A stretch of DNA of 64,000 nucleotides from Bacteroidota bacterium. Lineage in GTDB: Bacteria > Bacteroidota > Bacteroidia > UKL13-3. Of this stretch, positions 50,590-58,669 are shown in pieces. The translations under genes and the position numbers were made by a program. The notes under the pieces were generated by a model. It ran no database searches. It saw only the letters and a list, made by a program, of their open reading frames with translations, and was not told the origin of the DNA. The stretch lies in NCBI GenBank assembly GCA_947507965.1, contig CANNQU010000008.1, positions 8,459-72,458 of the forward strand. The letters are read 5' to 3'. Each line of letters begins with the position of its first letter. Within the stretch, counting starts at the first letter, position 1.

Positions 50590-51887
50590 TCGTTAAAGAT
50601 ATGGTTAAAGGTATCGATTACGTGAGCAATCATTTCCTCGTTAATCATAGGCGTGACACCAATCCAGAAGGTATTGTTCACTACGGTTTCGGTGTTGGGG
50701 GTTTCGGCGGAATTTCTATAGGTGACCGTTTTAAAATACGGTTGTTTACGAATATCACCAGCAAACAATAAACGGGTAGCAATTTTAGCCTCTGTTAATT
50801 GTTTAATTATTTCGTTACGATTGGAGTCTTTGAGGGTAATTAAAAAACCAAACCAAGAGGGGTTAGCGTTGATGGTCGCTTCGGGTAATATGATCTTTGA
50901 CGTCAGGTGTTTTAGCCCATCATAGAGTAGCCGGTAATTGTCTCTGCGTTGGGCGATAAACGAGTCCAGTTTATTTAACTGTGCGAGCCCTAAAGCGGCT
51001 TGCATATCGGTAATTTTTAAATTATATCCTAAACGGCTGTAAATATATTTATGATCGTAACCTGTTGGCAAATCGCCGAGACTCCAGTCGAACCGTTTCC
51101 CACAGGTATTATCCATTCCGGGCTGGCACCAGCAATCGCGGCCCCAATCTCTAAAGCTTTCAACAATTTTGGCAAGCTTTGCATTACTCGTAAACACAGC
51201 ACCGCCTTCTCCCATGGTGATGTGGTGAGCCGGATAGAAACTTAAGGTAGCTAAATCGCCGAAAGTGCCCACATGTTTACCATTATAAGTAGCACCCAAG
51301 GCGTCGCAACAATCTTCAATCAACCACAAATTATGTTTTTTACAAATAGCCGCAATCTCTTCAACGGGAAAAGGGTTTCCAAGGGTATGAGCCACCATAA
51401 TAACCTTTGTTTTGGGGGTAATGGCAGCCTCTATTTGGGAAGTATTAATATTATATTCGGGTATGGTGATATCGACAAACACCGGAACCACGCCGAGGGT
51501 AATAAAGGGGTTGATGGTGGTTGGGAAAGAAACGGCAACGGTAATTACCTCATCGCCAGCTCGTAGTTTACGATCGCCCAGCTCGTCGGCAGTAAGGGCG
51601 GTAATGGCCAGCAAATTAGCCGATGAGCCCGAGTTTACGGTAAGCACCGTTCGGGTGTTTATATAGGTGGCTAGTTTTTTTTCAAACGCCTCATTAAAAC
51701 GTCCTGTTGTAAACCATCCGTCCATGGCCGATTCGGTGATCATTTGCATTTCTTCATGATCAAATACTTTGCCACTGACGGGCACGGACGTTTCGTTTTT
51801 TACGAAGGTCTTGGGGGTGTTTTTTATTGAATGATACTCTTTAAGTAATTCAAATATTTTGTTTTTTATTGTCGTTGCTTCGCCCAT
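50586..51887 (-). CDS. rfbH: CDP-6-deoxy-4-keto-hexose 3-dehydrase (E1, RfbH/DdhC; DegT/DnrJ/EryC1 fold)
   Basis: SFYPAHHITMGEGG has His where aminotransferases have the Lys. Cys194-X57-Cys252-X1-Cys254-X7-Cys262 spacing, counted by hand. Confidence 0.88.
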   Translation of the reverse strand: MGEATTIKNKIFELLKEYHSIKNTPKTFVKNETSVPVSGKVFDHEEMQMITESAMDGWFTTGRFNEAFEKKLATYINTRTVLTVNSGSSANLLAITALTADELGDRKLRAGDEVITVAVSFPTTINPFITLGVVPVFVDITIPEYNINTSQIEAAITPKTKVIMVAHTLGNPFPVEEIAAICKKHNLWLIEDCCDALGATYNGKHVGTFGDLATLSFYPAHHITMGEGGAVFTSNAKLAKIVESFRDWGRDCWCQPGMDNTCGKRFDWSLGDLPTGYDHKYIYSRLGYNLKITDMQAALGLAQLNKLDSFIAQRRDNYRLLYDGLKHLTSKIILPEATINANPSWFGFLITLKDSNRNEIIKQLTEAKIATRLLFAGDIRKQPYFKTVTYRNSAETPNTETVVNNTFWIGVTPMINEEMIAHVIDTFNHIFNE

Positions 51888-52966
51888 TATTTTGTTAAGT
51901 ATAAATCAATCATGGACATTCTTTTTTGCAATAGCGCTGATGATGAAAATTGAATTTCATCAAAATATCCATCTACCGTGAACTTTACGGTTTCTTCGAA
52001 GTTGAGTTTGGGGTTCCAGTTGAGTTGCGTTGTTGCTTTGGTGATATCCAATTGCAAATATTGTGCTTCATGCATGGCATTTGAAACATGTTTCACTTCT
52101 ATGGTTTCTAAGGAGCTCTCTTTTTTTATTTCGTTTAATAAGGTCATCACTGTTTTATGGGTGGCATTTAAAGGCCCAAAATTCCAGCCACCATCGAATT
52201 TCTTGGGCTCCTTACCCAATAGAGCAGCACCCAGCAGCAAATAGCCTGTAAGGGGCTCTAAAACAAATTGCCAAGGACGGGTAGCATCCGGGTTTCTTAT
52301 TTCAAGAGCGGCCTTGTTGATAAAAGCTCTAAAGAAGTCGGGCACTATTCGAAATGCTGCCCAATCGCCTCCCCCAATTACATTACCAGCCCTTACGGAG
52401 GCCAAGGTACAATCGGTATCTTTAAAAAACGACGTATTATAGGCGTGGGCCACTAATTCTGCTGCACCTTTGCTGGCGCTATAGGGGTCGTTTCCACCCA
52501 TGGCATCGTTTTCCCGATATCCCCAAACCCATTCCTTGTTTTGATAACATTTGTCGCTCGTAACATTAATGATACCTTGGGTATTGCCACATTTTCGCAC
52601 CGCTTCAAATACATGTACGCTACCCATGATATTGGTTTCAAAGGTTTCCACGGGATTAGTATAAGAATCCAATACGATAGCCTGTGCAGCCAGATGAAAG
52701 ACAAAATCAGGATTTACCTTTTGAATAAAGTCGTTTAGTTTTTTTCGATCAAGGATATTTCCGATGGTATGATGTAACTGTTTTTCCAGGTTAGTCGATG
52801 AAAAATTGTCGTGTGGTGTTTTGGGTTCAAGCGAATAACCGTGTACTTCGGCGCCCAGCTTTAAGAGAACCATACAAAGCCACGATCCTTTGAAACCGGT
52901 GTGACCGGTGACCACGATTTTTTTATTCCTGTAAATTTCGAGTTGACTATTTACCATGTTTTCCAT
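51887..52966 (-). CDS. rfbG: CDP-glucose 4,6-dehydratase
   Basis: VTGHTGFKGSWL, YSASKGAAE, 359 aa. Confidence 0.9.
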   Translation of the reverse strand: MENMVNSQLEIYRNKKIVVTGHTGFKGSWLCMVLLKLGAEVHGYSLEPKTPHDNFSSTNLEKQLHHTIGNILDRKKLNDFIQKVNPDFVFHLAAQAIVLDSYTNPVETFETNIMGSVHVFEAVRKCGNTQGIINVTSDKCYQNKEWVWGYRENDAMGGNDPYSASKGAAELVAHAYNTSFFKDTDCTLASVRAGNVIGGGDWAAFRIVPDFFRAFINKAALEIRNPDATRPWQFVLEPLTGYLLLGAALLGKEPKKFDGGWNFGPLNATHKTVMTLLNEIKKESSLETIEVKHVSNAMHEAQYLQLDITKATTQLNWNPKLNFEETVKFTVDGYFDEIQFSSSALLQKRMSMIDLYLTK

Positions 52967-53736
52967 TCTGCTTTATTGGCACTCCACAATTCATTCAGAT
53001 CGTTTTTATCTTTTAGGGTATCCATAGGACGCCAAAAACCAAAATGTTTGTATGCGTTTAATTGTCCTTTAGCAGCGAGGGTTTCCACCGGATGTTTTTC
53101 CCAGATGGTATGGTCGTTTTCGAGTAAGTTGAAAATACTGGGTTCAAGCACAAAGAAACCGGAGTTAATCCAAACGCCATCTCCTTTTGGTTTTTCATTG
53201 AAATTGTTAACGGCACCCGTTTCGTTAATATCGATCACACCGAATCGCCCAACGGGTTGAACGGTGGTAAGGGTAGCTTCTTTTTTAGAATCGATATGAG
53301 ATTGAAGAAGGGCATTTAAATTTATGTTTCCAACGCCGTCGCCGTAGGTGAGCATAAAGCGTTCATCACCAATATACGGTTGTATTCTTTTGATTCGTCC
53401 TCCGGTCATGGTATCGTCGCCGGTATCCACGATGGTAATATTCCAAGGTTCAACCTCATTTTTATGATACTCAATGGCGTTGTTTTTTAGGTCAACGGTA
53501 ATGGTGGTGTTATGTAACACGTAGTTGGCAAAGTATTCTTTAATATAATAATTTTTATAGCCCCCACAGATCACAAAATCAGTAAAGCCAAAGCTCGAAT
53601 ATATTTTCATGATATGCCATAAAATGGGTTTCCCGCCTATCTCCACCATGGGCTTGGGCCGAACACTGGTTTCTTCGCTTAAACGGGTACCTAACCCCCC
53701 TGCTAATATAACTACTTTCATTTTTTGTAATGGCAA
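52951..53736 (-). CDS. rfbF: Glucose-1-phosphate cytidylyltransferase
   Basis: VVILAGGLGTRLSEET..PKPMVEIGGKPILWHIM, ~257 aa. The start may be MKVVIL (53721). Confidence 0.9.
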   Translation of the reverse strand: MPLQKMKVVILAGGLGTRLSEETSVRPKPMVEIGGKPILWHIMKIYSSFGFTDFVICGGYKNYYIKEYFANYVLHNTTITVDLKNNAIEYHKNEVEPWNITIVDTGDDTMTGGRIKRIQPYIGDERFMLTYGDGVGNINLNALLQSHIDSKKEATLTTVQPVGRFGVIDINETGAVNNFNEKPKGDGVWINSGFFVLEPSIFNLLENDHTIWEKHPVETLAAKGQLNAYKHFGFWRPMDTLKDKNDLNELWSANKAEWKTW

Positions 53737-53745
53737 AAGTATGCT

Positions 53746-55239
53746 TTATTTTGAGTTTACGAAGGCTTTCAATCTGTTTTTTATCTGATAGTAGAAATCA
53801 TTTACCTCCGACGATAGAGACCATTTGAACAGCAGAAAAACGAAGGCCAATGAATACAAAATGCTTTTGAATAGAATGGATAGATAAACATTTGAAATGG
53901 TAACAAACTGCAATGCCAGCAGCAGTGATGCGATAATTACAAATACCCCCGCAATGGCTTTAGAAAAGGGCTGTAGTTTAAACCAATATAAAATGTATCC
54001 GTAGCGCACACTGTTATAAACAAGGGTTCCAATTAAAGTGGCAAAGGCAATGCCAAGGAGGCCATAATTTTTGATAAACAAAATGCTTAAAGGAATATTT
54101 ATTAAAATTAAAATCACTTGTGTGGTGAAGTTAAAACGCCAGGCATTGGAGGTATTTAAAATTTCTTCATTCATGCCGGTGGCCGTATCAATTAATTTGC
54201 CGACTCCAAGGATTAGGATGATATATTTTATTTTCGAATAGCTCGAGGGAAGCAATGCGATAATGCTGTCGATATTAACCCACATCAACCCAAAGATAAA
54301 ACCGCAGGCGATCAATAAATTTAACGCCGTTCTTTGGTATAGAAGCTCTATTTTCTTCAAATCATTATTACGCCAGGCATCGGCCATAATAGCGATGGAA
54401 ACACCATAGATACTTCGTTTGGGCACATCTAATATCTGTGCAAAATATAAAGCAACAACATAAATAGCGGCATCGCCCAAGCCGTTATAGCCGGATATTA
54501 AAAGCGGGGCAATGGCATCGCTTAGGGCGATAATAATGATTCCCAGGTAAATATAGCCACTATAACCAATGATAAATTTTTTAAGTTTTTGGGTTACCCT
54601 ACTAAAGGAAGAGGTAAAGTGCAATGCTTTTTTTGAATGTAAAAAAAGTAATAAGGGGATGCAAGCCAGCAGGTAAAAAAAGGAAATGGCGGCAATAATA
54701 AAATGAAAATCGATTTGTTGGAAATAGAAAAGAACGAGAAGTATAATAATATAAATTTTAAAAGCTATTTCTTCAATGAGGGTAGGTAAAATATTGTTGT
54801 GATAGGTATGAACATGTGTTTTTAGAATCACAAAATACGAGATGAACAAGGTGTAAGGGTAGATCCAGAAAATGTATTCGACTAATAGTTTAGATTTCGT
54901 AGAATAAAACGCCACAAAGGTATCTTGAAAAAGGAAAGTTAGCAGGGTTACAACGATAAATCCCAAGGTAGGCAGCACCAATGAAATGGTTAACAGGTCG
55001 TTTTCTTTAGGCTTAAGATGAGCCTTATAAAAAGGAGCAAACTTGTAAATGGATGAGGTAAATGACAGAATGGCAAAGTGCGACAAGGTTCCAGCAAGCG
55101 TCATGATGAGCCGTGACAATCCGAATTCTTCCTGACTTAAGAGATGGGGATAAAGAACAAAGATATTGATAGCCCCGATGGCAAACCCGGTATAAGTTAA
55201 TATTAAGCTCCACGAACCTTGTTTACGTATAACTCCCAT
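53746..55239 (-). CDS. Polysaccharide/oligosaccharide flippase (Wzx-like, MOP superfamily)
   Basis: 497 aa, about 12-14 predicted TM helices, first gene of the sugar operon. Confidence 0.7.
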   Translation of the reverse strand: MGVIRKQGSWSLILTYTGFAIGAINIFVLYPHLLSQEEFGLSRLIMTLAGTLSHFAILSFTSSIYKFAPFYKAHLKPKENDLLTISLVLPTLGFIVVTLLTFLFQDTFVAFYSTKSKLLVEYIFWIYPYTLFISYFVILKTHVHTYHNNILPTLIEEIAFKIYIIILLVLFYFQQIDFHFIIAAISFFYLLACIPLLLFLHSKKALHFTSSFSRVTQKLKKFIIGYSGYIYLGIIIIALSDAIAPLLISGYNGLGDAAIYVVALYFAQILDVPKRSIYGVSIAIMADAWRNNDLKKIELLYQRTALNLLIACGFIFGLMWVNIDSIIALLPSSYSKIKYIILILGVGKLIDTATGMNEEILNTSNAWRFNFTTQVILILINIPLSILFIKNYGLLGIAFATLIGTLVYNSVRYGYILYWFKLQPFSKAIAGVFVIIASLLLALQFVTISNVYLSILFKSILYSLAFVFLLFKWSLSSEVNDFYYQIKNRLKAFVNSK

Positions 55240-55245
55240 TTTTCA

Positions 55246-55253
55246 CAAAAGTA
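55246..55253 (-). promoter_or_regulatory. Candidate -7 box (TACTTTTG on the minus strand) for the flippase/sugar operon
   Basis: CAAAAGTA on the plus strand. Its G lies 7 nt upstream of the ATG at 55239, implying a very short leader or none. Confidence 0.4.
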
Positions 55254-55349
55254 AGGAATGTTTTACCATTGGCGACCTGCTTTTTTCGTGAGGCTTAGAC
55301 CGGTTGTTGAACGCCATAAAACAACGCGGAACATTTTTACGGATATAAA

Positions 55350-56201
55350 TTACTCGTAGTTATAAAATCCTTTCCCTGTTTTTTTACCCCAATGCCCGGC
55401 ATCTACCTTTTGTTTTTGAATACGGCTAGGCCGAAATTTCGCGTCATAAAAAAACTGCTCATAGAGGCTCGATGTCACCGAAAAGTTAGTATCCACACCA
55501 ATGAGGTCGATGAGTTTAAAGGGGCCCATTTTAAAACCGGTGGCTTCCATTAAGGCATCAATTTCGTGTATTTCTGCCCCACCCTCCTCTACTATTTTTA
55601 GTGCTTCTACATAGTAAGGTCGTGCCACTCGGTTTACGATAAAACCGGGTGAATCTTTTACCATCACCGGTGTTTTATTAAGTTTGAGAACGAATGATTT
55701 GGCGTGTTTTAAAACGATGTCTGTTGTTTCTGCTCCGGCAATAATTTCAACCAGCTTCATGAGGTGTGCGGGATTAAAAAAGTGTATTCCAACCACTCGG
55801 CCCGGCAGCGGTATCTGGGCTGCAATTTGTGTGATGGGAATAGAGGAGGTGTTACTAGCTAAAATACAGTGGCTTGCATTTTGTGCTGCGAGTCTTTGCA
55901 TTAAATCGCGTTTGATATCCAGCTTTTCAACGATGGCCTCGATACAGATATCCGCTATCAAGTTACTGAAAAGAGAGGTGCATGTTATTCTTTTGAGGGA
56001 ATCTGTTTTTTCCTGTTCGCTCATTTTCCCTTTGCTGATGGCAACGAAATAATTTTTTTCAATGTCCTCTTTGGCTTTTAGTAATGCGGTTTCGTTAAGG
56101 TCGTACAACCAAACCGAAAACCCAGCCTGAGCGCATACTTGAGCCAAGCCGGCGCCCATGGTGCCGGAACCAATGATGGCTACAGAGTGAATAGAATTCA
56201 T
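55350..56201 (-). CDS. 3-hydroxyacyl/3-hydroxybutyryl-CoA dehydrogenase
   Basis: VAIIGSGTMGAGLAQ and C-terminal 3HCDH domain features (GFIVNR...). Confidence 0.88.
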   Translation of the reverse strand: MNSIHSVAIIGSGTMGAGLAQVCAQAGFSVWLYDLNETALLKAKEDIEKNYFVAISKGKMSEQEKTDSLKRITCTSLFSNLIADICIEAIVEKLDIKRDLMQRLAAQNASHCILASNTSSIPITQIAAQIPLPGRVVGIHFFNPAHLMKLVEIIAGAETTDIVLKHAKSFVLKLNKTPVMVKDSPGFIVNRVARPYYVEALKIVEEGGAEIHEIDALMEATGFKMGPFKLIDLIGVDTNFSVTSSLYEQFFYDAKFRPSRIQKQKVDAGHWGKKTGKGFYNYE

Positions 56202-57181
56202 AAACGATAAATTTTAAGTATGATGATAAATGTCAACAGCCCCATCGCAATTATTTCGTTCAGAAAAAAACGCCAAGTGCCCATAAAAAAATACGATGCT
56301 AAATAACTAAAAGGAAGGAGAAAAAACAAAAGATGTTGATCGTTAAGTGGCAAGACGAACAGGATGATGGATAAGATAACGACGCTCAATACCAGAAGCG
56401 TTTTTTGAATGATACGTGTTTTGATATTATTTTTAAAATGAAAGGTATAAATTTTAACAGAAGAAAAAATCAAAATCAAGGCTAAGGCACCCAACAAGAA
56501 TAATTCCGGCTTTGTTTCTTCAAATGGAGGCCCCCCTCGATAGTACACAAGCAAATTTATTTTTTCAACAAAATAGGGTAAACGGTTGTCATAAAAACAA
56601 AAAACAAAAACGAAGTATAGGGGTAGTAAGGCACCAATGGCCGCAATGAGGTAGTCGCGCAGGGTGGGTATTTTTACATAAAAAAGACCAATCCAAAAAA
56701 CCAAAATAAGGTAGGCCATGGGCAAGTAAAGTAAAAACCCCACACCGAGCACCAGCATGGATGTCAGTATTTTTTCCTTTGCATCGCTCGATTTATACAA
56801 CCCAAAATACACGCTCAACGCTAGCATTAATGGGGTTTGTGCTAATAAGGCGGGTGTAATATTAACATCTACTCCATTAAGAAGAGAGGCAAACAGGGCA
56901 TAAAACAGAGCCGGCAAGTACGTGTTTTTATAATGTATCGCATGTTTTTCGAACAGATAACTTAGATGCAGCATTTGAAAGATAACAATACAGCATCCTA
57001 TAACATAACTAGTCGTCTTCGTTTGGTTTAGGAAAACCAGAAAACCCTCAAAAAAGGTATAATGTATAAAATCACCGGAGTGGGTGCCGGATATTAAAAA
57101 GGAGGGAAGCCTCAACAACAATACCATGAATACCAGGGTAATAAAAACAATCGGGCGGCGTATGGTAAAGAGTTTGATCAA
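56198..57181 (-). CDS. Polytopic inner-membrane protein of unknown function
   Basis: 327 aa, about 9-10 TM helices. The stop overlaps the dehydrogenase start (ATGA). Confidence 0.65.
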   Translation of the reverse strand: MIKLFTIRRPIVFITLVFMVLLLRLPSFLISGTHSGDFIHYTFFEGFLVFLNQTKTTSYVIGCCIVIFQMLHLSYLFEKHAIHYKNTYLPALFYALFASLLNGVDVNITPALLAQTPLMLALSVYFGLYKSSDAKEKILTSMLVLGVGFLLYLPMAYLILVFWIGLFYVKIPTLRDYLIAAIGALLPLYFVFVFCFYDNRLPYFVEKINLLVYYRGGPPFEETKPELFLLGALALILIFSSVKIYTFHFKNNIKTRIIQKTLLVLSVVILSIILFVLPLNDQHLLFFLLPFSYLASYFFMGTWRFFLNEIIAMGLLTFIIILKIYRL

Positions 57182-57184
57182 GAG

Positions 57185-58669
57185 TTAATACGTTAGCTTT
57201 AGTAAATTAAACTTCCGGTCTTTAATGAAAGGCATAAGCAGGCTTCCATTCGCAATTTGACAGGATTGACGAGGTGCAAAATCAACATAGTAATTGCTCG
57301 ATTTAAATAAAATTTTGTTGTTCATCCTACCATTACCATTGATTTGGTATTCCAATATTTGATTGCTATTATTATAGTGTTGGTTAAAAAACACATAGAG
57401 CATTTCCTTTTTTATTAGGGTGGCGATCGAGAGATTATAACCATCATCATTAAGGCTCGTTTGTTTCTTAATAATGGCTTGCCACCAGTCGATCGTAGCA
57501 TTAGGTTCTAAGCTAAAAACAAGTACCTCGTCGTAATTATATACATTTCTGAACATGGTAGGCTGTGGTGTAACACCCTGTATTCCGCTGGTATAGGCGT
57601 TGTATGCTTGCTTCTCGATATAGAAGCATTCGGCAATAAGCACCATTCCGCCATCGCTGCGAGGCACCAACTGACGCACCACAAAATCTTCCATTTCGTT
57701 GGTTCTCTCGCTAGCCTTCTGACCAATAATTTTGGACAGCATTTCTTTTGGGAAAGGCGTAAAGGCAGCGTGATAGTTTTCGGGGTTGGCTAACGGGACG
57801 GTGTATACGGCTACGCCGGCAGCGGAGGTGGATTTTTTTTCGGAATAGAAACCGGTGAGCTGTAGTGTTTTAGCAATGCTATCGATGGTTATTGCGATAT
57901 CGCTTTGCGTTTTTCCTTCCAAAATAATAGGCACCTTGTACGACGTTTTCAAGGTGTTATTCATGATAATTAAATCGTGCACGTAAATATCGTCTTGGTT
58001 TTTTTTAATGGTTTCGTAGTAGCTTACCAAACTATAAACATGGAGTTTATAAATGACGATATCGTTAATAAAAAAGCGCTCTGTTTTAGCCGTATAGGCA
58101 AATCCACCGGAACCCACCGTATTGAATTCATCATTGAACATAAGGTAGTTTAAACCGACTTGTTTTTTTTCTGCTTGGGTTAGGTAACAAGCCACGAAAA
58201 CATCATCGTTGAGATTAATTTTAAAGGTGAACGTCGCCTCTTCCTCATTTCTATAAAATCCGGAGGTCTTTAACTGAAACAGTGGGGTATATTGTTTTGC
58301 AATAAGGCCTTCAAAATTAATGGAGGTAGCCTTCACTTCGGTGAACCCGCTCGTATAATTATCACTGGCAGTAAGTACGATGAGCTTGTTTTTCATTAAG
58401 AGCACGTTCTGAATTGACTCCCCGAAATGCTCGTTGGTAATGGTTTTACTCCATATTAAACGTAAGGAATGAGAATACTTCTCGATCATTACCTCATTTT
58501 TAAAATCAGGTTTTTTGCAACGCATGTAATAATATCCATCGTTGTTGAAGCCAATAAACGTACAATATAAGTTTCGTGAAGCCAGCTTTTGTGGAACACC
58601 CCAATCCATAAGCTGCGCCCGGGTACCTAGCGAAAGGAAGAGCAGAATATAGATTAGTTGTAACCGCAT
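57185..58669 (-). CDS. Secreted hypothetical protein
   Basis: Signal peptide MRLQLIYILLFLSLGTRAQ. No family recognised. Confidence 0.65.
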   Translation of the reverse strand: MRLQLIYILLFLSLGTRAQLMDWGVPQKLASRNLYCTFIGFNNDGYYYMRCKKPDFKNEVMIEKYSHSLRLIWSKTITNEHFGESIQNVLLMKNKLIVLTASDNYTSGFTEVKATSINFEGLIAKQYTPLFQLKTSGFYRNEEEATFTFKINLNDDVFVACYLTQAEKKQVGLNYLMFNDEFNTVGSGGFAYTAKTERFFINDIVIYKLHVYSLVSYYETIKKNQDDIYVHDLIIMNNTLKTSYKVPIILEGKTQSDIAITIDSIAKTLQLTGFYSEKKSTSAAGVAVYTVPLANPENYHAAFTPFPKEMLSKIIGQKASERTNEMEDFVVRQLVPRSDGGMVLIAECFYIEKQAYNAYTSGIQGVTPQPTMFRNVYNYDEVLVFSLEPNATIDWWQAIIKKQTSLNDDGYNLSIATLIKKEMLYVFFNQHYNNSNQILEYQINGNGRMNNKILFKSSNYYVDFAPRQSCQIANGSLLMPFIKDRKFNLLKLTY

